Source of the DNA: a virus
Strand: one strand, 5' to 3'
DNA: 49,729 nt
IMG/VR virus record: IMGVR_UViG_3300032102_000006
Below, in pieces: positions 40,068-47,843 of this stretch (positions are counted from its first letter, which is position 1; every line of letters begins with the position of its first letter). Under the pieces are notes generated by a model. The model was given only the letters and a program-made list of their open reading frames with translations. It ran no database searches and was not told where the DNA came from. A program made the translations under genes and the position numbers.

Positions 40068-40497
40068 AGAGAAAAAACTTGGGATGAAGATCGGTCGCCC
40101 TTGCTGCGGCGGTAGAACAATGTGTTTTAGTAGCGGCGGCGAAAGCATCACTGGCACATTTAGCGGACAACGAGAATTTAAAAGCTGGCATTGCAGTGTA
40201 AATTGGTTCTTCTTTCATATAGAACAACAAACAGGTAATGTATTCCATCACCAAACTTGCCAAGCGCAGTTCGGTGAAACGCGAGGTCCTATCGGAACGC
40301 TACAAGATAGCGACAAGATATTAGAAGAACTAGAACGCAATTTACAAAATCAAACAATGCCTACTATTGTATGTCCCCGTAAAACTTGTGGTTGTGGTAT
40401 GTGTGCGCCGAAAAGTATCGAAAAAGAAGATTATAAGCGTGTATTTTTTGGACATGTAAACGATACTAGTATTTTTAATAAGACGTTAAACAAATAA
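40060..40497 (+). CDS. Stand-alone Cys-rich SPASM-like Fe-S domain
   Basis: PCCGGRTMC, WHC, TC and CPRKTCGCGMC. Has its own AGGA SD. Confidence 0.65.
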   Translation: MAEEKKLGMKIGRPCCGGRTMCFSSGGESITGTFSGQREFKSWHCSVNWFFFHIEQQTGNVFHHQTCQAQFGETRGPIGTLQDSDKILEELERNLQNQTMPTIVCPRKTCGCGMCAPKSIEKEDYKRVFFGHVNDTSIFNKTLNK

Positions 40498-40519
40498 TCG
40501 ATACATTGTTACATTTCTA

Positions 40520-41620
40520 ATGTCGAAATACTACTGCCCAATACCATTTCATCACATAGCAATGCGTCCTAACGGGACTATGCAACCGTGCTGCTATTTT
40601 AATCACCAAGATATTCCCCAAGATTTTACATTAGCTTATAAAAATTTGTTTTACGAACATCCGTTTATGAAACAAATGAGAGATGACCTTCGCAAAGACA
40701 AACCAGTTAACGGGTGTAGCAAATGTTATAAAGCAGAACAACTCACAGGCAAAAGTATGCGAACAGAGTATATTGCAGAAAGTCGATTGGGATTTAGTGA
40801 TACTCCTCCTTCAGAGCCTGTTCTAACATACATAGATTTAGCATTGAGTAATGTGTGTAATAATCGTTGCCGCATGTGTGGATTCGAATTGAGTACAAAT
40901 TGGTACAGCGATAGTAAGAAGTTGGGAAGAGAAATTCCTCACGGCCTTATACAACATAAAAACGATTTAACTGATATAGACTTTAGCAAGATTAACTATA
41001 TTAAAATGATCGGCGGCGAACCTTTGATGGAGCAGGACAAGTTTATCGCAGTACTCGAAAAATGTAAGTTAAACGAGTTAAACATCCTAGTAACTACAAA
41101 TGCAACAGTAAGGCCAAACAACAAGCTGCTGGCGCTATTACAACAGTGTAAAAAAGTTCGTTGGAATTTAAGTATAGATGCGTTCGGTCCGTTAAATGAC
41201 TTTTTGCGAAAAGGAAGTTACTGGGATGAAGTAAAAGAAAACATTGCATGGTTTGCAATCAACTTTTATAAGAACGTTAATATAAACGGGGTTGTTAGCA
41301 TTTACAACTCAAATAATTTTTTCGAGCTAACAGATTACACATCTAAACACCATCCGGAAGTTAATGTTAAATTCAATATGATAGATGGTGTTGATTATAT
41401 GCACCCCAAGCATTTGCCTGACTCGGCTAAACAGTACTTAATAAAAAAGATATCAGCACTTGATTATCCTGTAGCGCCCAGAGTAGTTGATGCACTCAAG
41501 CAACACGGCGACTTTAGTCTTTTCTTAAAAGAAGATACTGTTATGAATGAACTCAGAAACGAAACATGGTATGAACTTAATCCAGAGCTGTTTGAATTAA
41601 TTAAAGACTACTTGCCTTAA
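40520..41620 (+). CDS. Radical SAM enzyme with N-terminal Twitch/SPASM-like domain
   Basis: YCPIPF...PCC...CSKC, then CNNRCRMC and IGGEP. Confidence 0.9.
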   Translation: MSKYYCPIPFHHIAMRPNGTMQPCCYFNHQDIPQDFTLAYKNLFYEHPFMKQMRDDLRKDKPVNGCSKCYKAEQLTGKSMRTEYIAESRLGFSDTPPSEPVLTYIDLALSNVCNNRCRMCGFELSTNWYSDSKKLGREIPHGLIQHKNDLTDIDFSKINYIKMIGGEPLMEQDKFIAVLEKCKLNELNILVTTNATVRPNNKLLALLQQCKKVRWNLSIDAFGPLNDFLRKGSYWDEVKENIAWFAINFYKNVNINGVVSIYNSNNFFELTDYTSKHHPEVNVKFNMIDGVDYMHPKHLPDSAKQYLIKKISALDYPVAPRVVDALKQHGDFSLFLKEDTVMNELRNETWYELNPELFELIKDYLP

Positions 41621-41629
41621 ATATCATAC

Positions 41630-41863
41630 ATGACAACCATAACTGATTTGCCTTTGCGTCAATTGCAACTAGAAGCAGCCCGTGTAATAAGTACAATGCC
41701 TGCCACGAATGATAACATATACAAATTTAATATTGCTAGCAGACATAACAGCCAAGGCTGGTATATTGCGGCTATCGAATGGTATGTAAAAGAATACGGC
41801 GGCTTGCCAAGCGAAGTCGGACCCGGTAAAGACGTTAAAATGATATACGAACAAGATGAGTGA
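41630..41863 (+). CDS. Small hypothetical protein
   Basis: 77 aa filling the gap between two radical SAM genes. TAAATA 6 nt upstream; 8-nt overlap downstream. Confidence 0.65.
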   Translation: MTTITDLPLRQLQLEAARVISTMPATNDNIYKFNIASRHNSQGWYIAAIEWYVKEYGGLPSEVGPGKDVKMIYEQDE

Positions 41864-43046
41864 TGATTTAAAGAAAAGCGCATACGACTTTACTAAGATA
41901 CCATACAAGGATATAGTAAGGGTGGGACAAAGAACAATGCTATACCGTGACATGTTCACAGTAAGCTGGTTGCTAGGGCGCTACTGTAACTATCGTTGTA
42001 GCTATTGCTGGCCCTATGCCCGCAGTGATAAAAAAGATCATCGTCCTACACCTTTAATGCTTAAGACAGTTGACGAGATTAAACGTCAAGCTCGTGAACG
42101 TGGCTTTAATAGTTTCCACTTTAGTCTAAGTGGCGGCGAGCCAACATTCCACCCTGCTTACATTGACATCTTAAACTACTTGAATGATGACGTACACAAT
42201 ACAAACTATACCAGCGTACACATGACAAGTAATATGAGTCGTCCTTTAAAATGGTTTGAAGAAAAGTATGTGCCCGCAGTAAAGAACTTCCATCGTGCAA
42301 GTATCACAGCAAGTTGTCATCGCGAGCACGTGGATACAGACGACAAGGTTCGAGAGTTTGCCGATAAATTAGTCTTATGTCAGGACTACGATACACAGAT
42401 TACCGTTAACCAAGTTATGGTACCTGAACAGTTCTATGAGATATATGACTTAGCCCTTTACTTCCATGAACGTGGCATCAACGTTACACTAAAGCCACAA
42501 AGCGATCCTACTGCGAGTAGAGTTGTTGATGGCTACACTGATGACATGTTGGAAAAGTTGCACAACGGTATGCCGCAACGTGCCTTTACGGAACAAAAAG
42601 CAGCAGTAGCAGGACTAGTGGCTCGCCCAAAGCCTACATTTAAGATTGACGAAGCACGTACAATGCAAAAGCAAACTTACAGTCAAGGTGTGCCACAACA
42701 CTTCCAAGTAGAATTTATTGATAAAGATGGCGAGACTTGGTTCATGGATCAAGCAGAACGCTTTAACGCATTCAACTTTAACAACTTTAACAAGTGGGAA
42801 TGTAGCAGTGGTTACCGCAGTATTATTATTCGCGAACCTGATGGAACAGTTAAGCGTAGCTACAGTTGCAGCGAAGTTCCACTTGGTCATATCGAGACCG
42901 GATTCAAGTTATATGACAAGCCAATGCCTTGTGGCGGAACAAGTTGCGTAAGTAGTGCAGATAGTAAGATACCAAAAAGAGCACCTGGCACTAAATTGCC
43001 GCTGTTCCCAGGAGATACAACATATGAAGATACTAGTAGCAGGTAA
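41856..43046 (+). CDS. Radical SAM enzyme with C-terminal Cys domain
   Basis: WLLGRYCNYRCSYC and SGGEP. C-terminal WEC...SC...C....C. Confidence 0.9.
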   Translation: MSDDLKKSAYDFTKIPYKDIVRVGQRTMLYRDMFTVSWLLGRYCNYRCSYCWPYARSDKKDHRPTPLMLKTVDEIKRQARERGFNSFHFSLSGGEPTFHPAYIDILNYLNDDVHNTNYTSVHMTSNMSRPLKWFEEKYVPAVKNFHRASITASCHREHVDTDDKVREFADKLVLCQDYDTQITVNQVMVPEQFYEIYDLALYFHERGINVTLKPQSDPTASRVVDGYTDDMLEKLHNGMPQRAFTEQKAAVAGLVARPKPTFKIDEARTMQKQTYSQGVPQHFQVEFIDKDGETWFMDQAERFNAFNFNNFNKWECSSGYRSIIIREPDGTVKRSYSCSEVPLGHIETGFKLYDKPMPCGGTSCVSSADSKIPKRAPGTKLPLFPGDTTYEDTSSR

Positions 43047-43572
43047 CAGTGAGTACGGTCTAGCACAAGCTATCCGCCAAGAGTTAACAGACTATGATAT
43101 AACTTTTCTAAGTAGGAAAAGCGGATACGATTTAACTCGTGCAGAGCAACAGGCACGATTTGCCGAAGCAGCCGTTGACTTTGATGTTATTATATTATGC
43201 AGTGCTCTTTGGAAATTTAACCAAACGTTATTACTAGAAGCAGTTTATAAAAAGACAAAAGCAGAAGGAAAAAGCCCTTTGATTATCTGCATAGGTAGCA
43301 CTACTGATAGAGTAAACAAAGCGTCTGACTGGTTATATAGTGCAGAGAAAAAAGCTCTACGTGACTATGCTAATAGTCTCAGTCTATCCGGAGTATGGAA
43401 CAAATGTCCGCGTGTCACTTATATTAGTTTTGGTACATTAACTAATATGCAACATAAACATCCTGACAGAAAAACTTTACAGATAGAAAAAGCCGCTCAA
43501 TATATCAAATGGATAATAGAGCAGCCCGAAGGAACACACATCAACGAACTAAGTGTTGATCCTGTGCAGTAA
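43024..43572 (+). CDS. Short-chain dehydrogenase/reductase (SDR)-like protein
   Basis: MKILVAGNSEYGLA Rossmann start (ATG 43024), IICIGS and catalytic YSAEK (YxxxK). Confidence 0.75.
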   Translation: MKILVAGNSEYGLAQAIRQELTDYDITFLSRKSGYDLTRAEQQARFAEAAVDFDVIILCSALWKFNQTLLLEAVYKKTKAEGKSPLIICIGSTTDRVNKASDWLYSAEKKALRDYANSLSLSGVWNKCPRVTYISFGTLTNMQHKHPDRKTLQIEKAAQYIKWIIEQPEGTHINELSVDPVQ

Positions 43573-43573
43573 G

Positions 43574-44485
43574 TTAAACAGCCATAGCAGCTTTAATAGC
43601 ACTGTGACTAACATAGCCATCTAGTTCAATGTCTGCCATAGTAAATCCGTCTATATTATCCACGGCAGGATTTAGTTTTAGAGTAGGTAATGCTAGTGGT
43701 TCCCTAGCCAGCTGCTCGCGAACTTGTTCTACGTGGTTAAGGTAAATGTGCGCATCGCCTACTGTGTGAACGAACTCGCCTACCCCCAATCCGCACACTT
43801 GTGCAATCATATGCGTAAACAAGCTATAGCTGGCAATGTTAAACGGAACACCTAAAAAGAAGTCTGCACTACGCTGATACATTTGGCAGCTTAACTTTCC
43901 GTTGCGAACATAGAACTGTGCAAAACAATGGCAAGGAGGTAGTGCCATTTGGTCAATCTCCCCAGGATTCCAAGCAGTAAGGATATGCCTACGACCTTCT
44001 GGATCTCGTTTAATGCCTTCTATTAGTTGTGCAAGTTGATCCACTTCCTTGCAGTGTAATCCGCCTTGTACGTGATACGTTGTACCAAAGTCGTCTTTAA
44101 CAGTTTGCTCTCGAGTCTTACTTATAGCTTTCCACTTACGCCATTGTACACCGTAAACACGGCCAAGATCGCCGGCATACTCTGCTTTTGATTGCCAATA
44201 GTTTGCACCTGCATTAGCAGTCCAGATCGTTGACTTATCGGTATCACGAGTTCCGTGTAGAATCTCTGCTAGCCTGCGTTCATCACCGCTTCCTTCTATA
44301 AACCAAAGTAGTTCGCTAACTACTGCACGCCACGCCAACTTTTTAGTCGTGACAGCAGGGAAACCTTTTGATAGATCATATCGAGACTGCATACCGAATA
44401 CGCTGATTGTACCAGTACCAGTTCTGTCTCGTGCTTCTACGCCATTGTCTAAAATAAATCGTAAATCTTGCAAATAAGTTTTCAT
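43574..44485 (-). CDS. thyA: Thymidylate synthase
   Basis: DRTGTGT, ELLWF, ALPPCH, YQRSAD.FLGVPFN and HIY.NH. Start probably 44485 (ATGA overlap with DHFR); the track gives 44494. Confidence 0.97.
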   Translation of the reverse strand: MKTYLQDLRFILDNGVEARDRTGTGTISVFGMQSRYDLSKGFPAVTTKKLAWRAVVSELLWFIEGSGDERRLAEILHGTRDTDKSTIWTANAGANYWQSKAEYAGDLGRVYGVQWRKWKAISKTREQTVKDDFGTTYHVQGGLHCKEVDQLAQLIEGIKRDPEGRRHILTAWNPGEIDQMALPPCHCFAQFYVRNGKLSCQMYQRSADFFLGVPFNIASYSLFTHMIAQVCGLGVGEFVHTVGDAHIYLNHVEQVREQLAREPLALPTLKLNPAVDNIDGFTMADIELDGYVSHSAIKAAMAV

Positions 44486-44931
44486 CTTTTCCAAACCTCA
44501 AATGCTAACGCATCTCGTTCTTGTCTTTCTACGATAGAAAAACCATCTAATAAAGCGTCGACGTCGACAAAAGTATCGCAGTTAAACTCGCCTTTAAATC
44601 GTGTAAGATAAATTAAGTCTATACGATCCTTTAAGCTGGTTATCAGTCGACTTCCTCCTATGACAATAGCATCGTTGATAAAAGGATCGTCGATTGAGTT
44701 GACTGTTATAACATCAGGAACGTTGATAAATTGGCTGCTAACAACTACATTAAGTCTGTTTGCTAAAGGCTTTGGAAAACAAGGATCATCCCAAGTTCCT
44801 CGGCCCATGACAATTTTGCAGCCCATAGTGTGTTGTTTAAACCAAGCAAAATCTTCCTTGTTATGCGGCCAAGGAAGAGTTCCGTTTTTGCCTATACCGT
44901 TTTTTGCATCTACTGCAAGTATTGCTTTCAT
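44482..44931 (-). CDS. folA: Dihydrofolate reductase
   Basis: GIGKNGTLPW, MGRGTW, PLANRLNVV, VIGG and CDTF; adjacent to thyA. Confidence 0.95.
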   Translation of the reverse strand: MKAILAVDAKNGIGKNGTLPWPHNKEDFAWFKQHTMGCKIVMGRGTWDDPCFPKPLANRLNVVVSSQFINVPDVITVNSIDDPFINDAIVIGGSRLITSLKDRIDLIYLTRFKGEFNCDTFVDVDALLDGFSIVERQERDALAFEVWKR

Positions 44932-45233
44932 TTATCCTTGCCAAATTGATTGGTTAGTAAATTACGAACATATTGAACAACTTTGCCTTTGATCTTTGCA
45001 CTGTCGATAAACACTTCGATATCGTGTATATTGTCCTTTAAGTGCTCAAGTCCTTGTGCCTTTAAAAGATCTTTTGCATCTTTCATCCCTGCAAGTTCTT
45101 CTTGATCAAATTCAATTGTATCGCCGTTTAACAATTTTAATTGAATGTGTGTTATGTATTCGATAGGAACCTCTTCCATGACCACATCTTTAAGGATCTC
45201 TTCAAAACTTCTATCCTTTTTTCTAATTGCCAT
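44928..45233 (-). CDS. Hypothetical protein
   Basis: 101 aa with SD; overlaps the DHFR start. Confidence 0.7.
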   Translation of the reverse strand: MAIRKKDRSFEEILKDVVMEEVPIEYITHIQLKLLNGDTIEFDQEELAGMKDAKDLLKAQGLEHLKDNIHDIEVFIDSAKIKGKVVQYVRNLLTNQFGKDK

Positions 45234-45249
45234 GTGTTAGATTCCTCTA

Positions 45250-45873
45250 TTACTTTTTTGGCGGACGACCGCGCCCTTTTTTTGCTGGCTCTGTTGTTGA
45301 TGCTACAGATTTTTTTTGTTGCACTACTGAGCCAGTAGTTTGCGGATCTAATGTATCTGCTTCTGCATACAAGCGCTCTGCTTCTTTACGGAAGAAAGCA
45401 GCTTGGCTTCGCATTTGATTTGCAATTTGGCTATCACTTAGTGTACCTGGTGCATTAGCAGGTTCTTCCACACTTGTGTTGCCACTAATGTCACCGCTGG
45501 TTGTGCGTCCATCGTTGTTAAGTTGTCCGAGTTGCGCATTAAGGTCGCTTAGTTTGATCTTAATCTCGCGTGTTGGCAACATGGTAATTTCGCTAGTAGG
45601 AAACTTTCGTAGCCATCCGCTCATGTGCATAGCTTCTAGCATACCGCGTCCATCATGGAATGTTGCACGAGTTGCAAATTTAAAAAAGTCCATGTCTTCT
45701 TGTGCGCTAGCACCTTCAACACTGCTAATTAAATCGTCATGGTATAGTTGCGGCAAACTCTCAGTTTCAACAACAAGGCAAGAGCCTGCTTCTCCCGGGA
45801 TTTCTCGGAAGACAACAACACACTTCTTGCCGGTTGCGTCTACTTGCCCAACGTGTTTGATAAATTGGGGCAT
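45250..45873 (-). CDS. Hypothetical protein with C-terminal AT-hook-like tail
   Basis: 207 aa with AGGAG SD; ends KKGRGRPPKK. Confidence 0.75.
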   Translation of the reverse strand: MPQFIKHVGQVDATGKKCVVVFREIPGEAGSCLVVETESLPQLYHDDLISSVEGASAQEDMDFFKFATRATFHDGRGMLEAMHMSGWLRKFPTSEITMLPTREIKIKLSDLNAQLGQLNNDGRTTSGDISGNTSVEEPANAPGTLSDSQIANQMRSQAAFFRKEAERLYAEADTLDPQTTGSVVQQKKSVASTTEPAKKGRGRPPKK

Positions 45874-45885
45874 AATAGTCTCCTA

Positions 45886-46083
45886 TTAAGCGCCTGTAGA
45901 TTCGGCTGCTGGTGCTTCGCCTTCTGCGGCAGCAGCATTAGCCTGTTCGTTTGCATTCTTGAGGAATTCATTCAAACGAGCAGCAGTGTCACCAATTGCG
46001 CCAACTTCTAAAATGCTAAAAGTCCCACGCTTAATAGCGATGTCAACAGCAGCAAGCAAAATGCTCAAATCATTAATGGTCAT
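45886..46083 (-). CDS. Small hypothetical protein
   Basis: 65 aa with a strong AAGGAG SD and promoters upstream. Confidence 0.75.
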   Translation of the reverse strand: MTINDLSILLAAVDIAIKRGTFSILEVGAIGDTAARLNEFLKNANEQANAAAAEGEAPAAESTGA

Positions 46084-46114
46084 ATCTAACTCCTTTTGTG
46101 TAATATACCTATTC

Positions 46115-46122
46115 TATTTATA
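46115..46122 (-). promoter_or_regulatory. TATAAATA T4-type late promoter consensus
   Basis: Plus strand tatttata at 46115-46122, within an imperfect inverted repeat upstream of the 46083 start. Confidence 0.55.
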
Positions 46123-46135
46123 GGGTAGGTTCTTT

Positions 46136-46164
46136 ATTATATACTGCTATTTGCACAAAGTCAA
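46136..46164 (-). promoter_or_regulatory. Sigma70-type promoter TTGACT-N17-TATAAT
   Basis: Plus strand agtcaa 46159-46164 and attata 46136-46141, with a 17-nt spacer. Confidence 0.8.
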
Positions 46165-46187
46165 AAAAAAGGACTCCGAAGAGTCCT
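46163..46187 (-). terminator. Rho-independent terminator with UUCG tetraloop
   Basis: Minus strand AGGACTC-TTCG-GAGTCCT followed by a T-run, just downstream of the VWA gene stop. Confidence 0.9.
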
Positions 46188-46211
46188 AAATTTAAAAGTT
46201 TATTTTTATTA

Positions 46212-47423
46212 TTATACGGTTTCTTTGCTAAACGTATAGTGAGCAGTGACACCAAATGGTGCTTCAATCTGCTCGTTGCCATGAATAACAAACAGGCTGT
46301 CGCAGTAGTTCTCGTCACCCCAGCTACCGCAAGGGTAACCGTCTGTAAACATGATAAACTGCTTGGGCTCAATACCTTCGTCCTTCATATAACGGAAACA
46401 AGCATCAAAGTCTGTGCCGCCGCCGCCTTGAGGATCGTAGTCGTAAATGTCTTCGGCGCCATCTTCTGTAAATGTCACAGGATTATACACTTCTGTGTCA
46501 AAGCTAAACACATGGATGCTATATGTAGTGTACATATCCATCATGCCCTTAACCTCACTCAAGAAGTCCTGTGCCATAGCAGTGCTGATAGATCCTGACA
46601 TGTCGATAGCAATAACCACATCCAAGTGCTCTGCTGGCAACATGCCGGGGAGCACTGCACCAGTATGCCAGCCCTTGCGGCTTGGACGCATAAAGCTATA
46701 GTTATTCTTCAGACTAGATTCCAATTGGATGCGAAGCAGGTCTTGCCAACGCATTTTAGGCGCGGTGAACTGCTGGATCAGTCGACGAATGCCAGCAGGT
46801 GTGTTGCCTGCGCCTGCCGCTTGGGCACTTTGCAGGATAGCTTCCTTCATCTCGTCGCGAATCTTCTTAGCAGTTTCCTCGTCAATCTTAATACCCGAGC
46901 TTTTGCTCTTACCATCACTACCCGGCTTTGGGTTACCGTTCTCGTCTTCTTCACCTTCTTTACCGGAGCCGTCCAAGTGCATGTCCAATGTTACTTGGAC
47001 TTTGACAGCGTTTTTAACCAGCTCGTCGTAGACTTCTTCGGCAGTCATATCGCGATACTTGGTATCGTGCAAAATTTGCACAGCAGTGATCTTCTTGCCA
47101 ACGTTATTTTGGATCAACATGTCGTTGATGAGATAGTCACCTGCCATGTTCCAAATAGCAGGATCTCGGTCGCCACGGCGGCCCATGTGATTATAAACGC
47201 AGTGCCCGACTTCGTGTCCAAACAAGAACACAAGCTCGTCGTCGTCTAGCTTGTTGATAAAGTCTGTGCAGTAGTAAAAATGGCGCCCATCAGTTGCCGC
47301 AGTTGCCAGCCACTCACTGGCTTCTACTAGCTTCATACGAGTAGCCAAGTTGCCCCAAAAGGGGTGTTTTAGCAACATACGAACACGGGCTTTAGTAAGA
47401 CGGTCACGAACATCGAGTTTCAT
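46212..47423 (-). CDS. Metallopeptidase-like (DUF2201-type) domain plus VWA domain protein
   Basis: TAATDG and HEVGH (HExxH); MIDAS DMSGS, GGGTDF and FTDG. Confidence 0.88.
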   Translation of the reverse strand: MKLDVRDRLTKARVRMLLKHPFWGNLATRMKLVEASEWLATAATDGRHFYYCTDFINKLDDDELVFLFGHEVGHCVYNHMGRRGDRDPAIWNMAGDYLINDMLIQNNVGKKITAVQILHDTKYRDMTAEEVYDELVKNAVKVQVTLDMHLDGSGKEGEEDENGNPKPGSDGKSKSSGIKIDEETAKKIRDEMKEAILQSAQAAGAGNTPAGIRRLIQQFTAPKMRWQDLLRIQLESSLKNNYSFMRPSRKGWHTGAVLPGMLPAEHLDVVIAIDMSGSISTAMAQDFLSEVKGMMDMYTTYSIHVFSFDTEVYNPVTFTEDGAEDIYDYDPQGGGGTDFDACFRYMKDEGIEPKQFIMFTDGYPCGSWGDENYCDSLFVIHGNEQIEAPFGVTAHYTFSKETV

Positions 47424-47444
47424 ATAATTCCTTAGTAATGCTTT

Positions 47445-47473
47445 ATTATAAAGCCAAAGTTATTTTGTGTCAA
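47445..47473 (-). promoter_or_regulatory. Perfect sigma70 promoter TTGACA-N17-TATAAT
   Basis: Plus strand tgtcaa 47468-47473 and attata 47445-47450. Confidence 0.88.
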
Positions 47474-47763
47474 TTAATTTTGGCACTGGATTTAACGCGG
47501 TCAAAGATATATGCCGCACGTTTTACGTCAAAGTTTTTATGCTTATACATATAGGCCTTCTTACGCTCTGCAATTTCCAATGCCTCCATCAACTTAAACT
47601 TGTCATTAAAGTTTTTAGTCTGCATTAGTTCTTTTTGCATGTCCATAATGTCAAGGGCATACTCGATCCACTTTTCCGTTGCTTTTACTTTGTCGTAAGG
47701 TACAATGCCTTTAGACCTTCCGGCAGTAGAGGAATATTTGTTAAAGTAACCAGCAACTTGCAT
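47470..47763 (-). CDS. Hypothetical protein
   Basis: 97 aa with AAGGAG SD and its own promoter. Confidence 0.75.
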   Translation of the reverse strand: MQVAGYFNKYSSTAGRSKGIVPYDKVKATEKWIEYALDIMDMQKELMQTKNFNDKFKLMEALEIAERKKAYMYKHKNFDVKRAAYIFDRVKSSAKIN

Positions 47764-47785
47764 AGCAGAACTCCTTAAAAATTAA

Positions 47786-47814
47786 ATTATAACAGAGTTT
47801 TGATTTTATGCCAA
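47786..47814 (-). promoter_or_regulatory. Sigma70-type promoter TTGGCA-N17-TATAAT
   Basis: Plus strand tgccaa 47809-47814 and attata 47786-47791. Confidence 0.78.
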
Positions 47815-47843
47815 TTATTGTTTCAGGAAACAATAAATAGTTC

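Noticed and set aside
32178-43046. Classical RiPP cluster
   Set aside because: No convincing precursor peptide, RRE/PqqD domain, peptidase or exporter was seen.
12580-43572. Cellular capsule/O-antigen locus
   Set aside because: No Wzx/Wzy/ABC exporter or multi-pass membrane proteins; it is flanked by virion-type genes and phage-style promoters.
43560-43590. Terminator at the convergence of the + and - blocks
   Set aside because: The stops are 1 nt apart and no hairpin with a U-tract is visible.
43574-44485. ThyA as a dCMP hydroxymethylase for DNA hypermodification
   Set aside because: It has canonical PCH, RSAD and GVPFN (Asn) motifs and is paired with DHFR, so it reads as an ordinary dUMP methylase.
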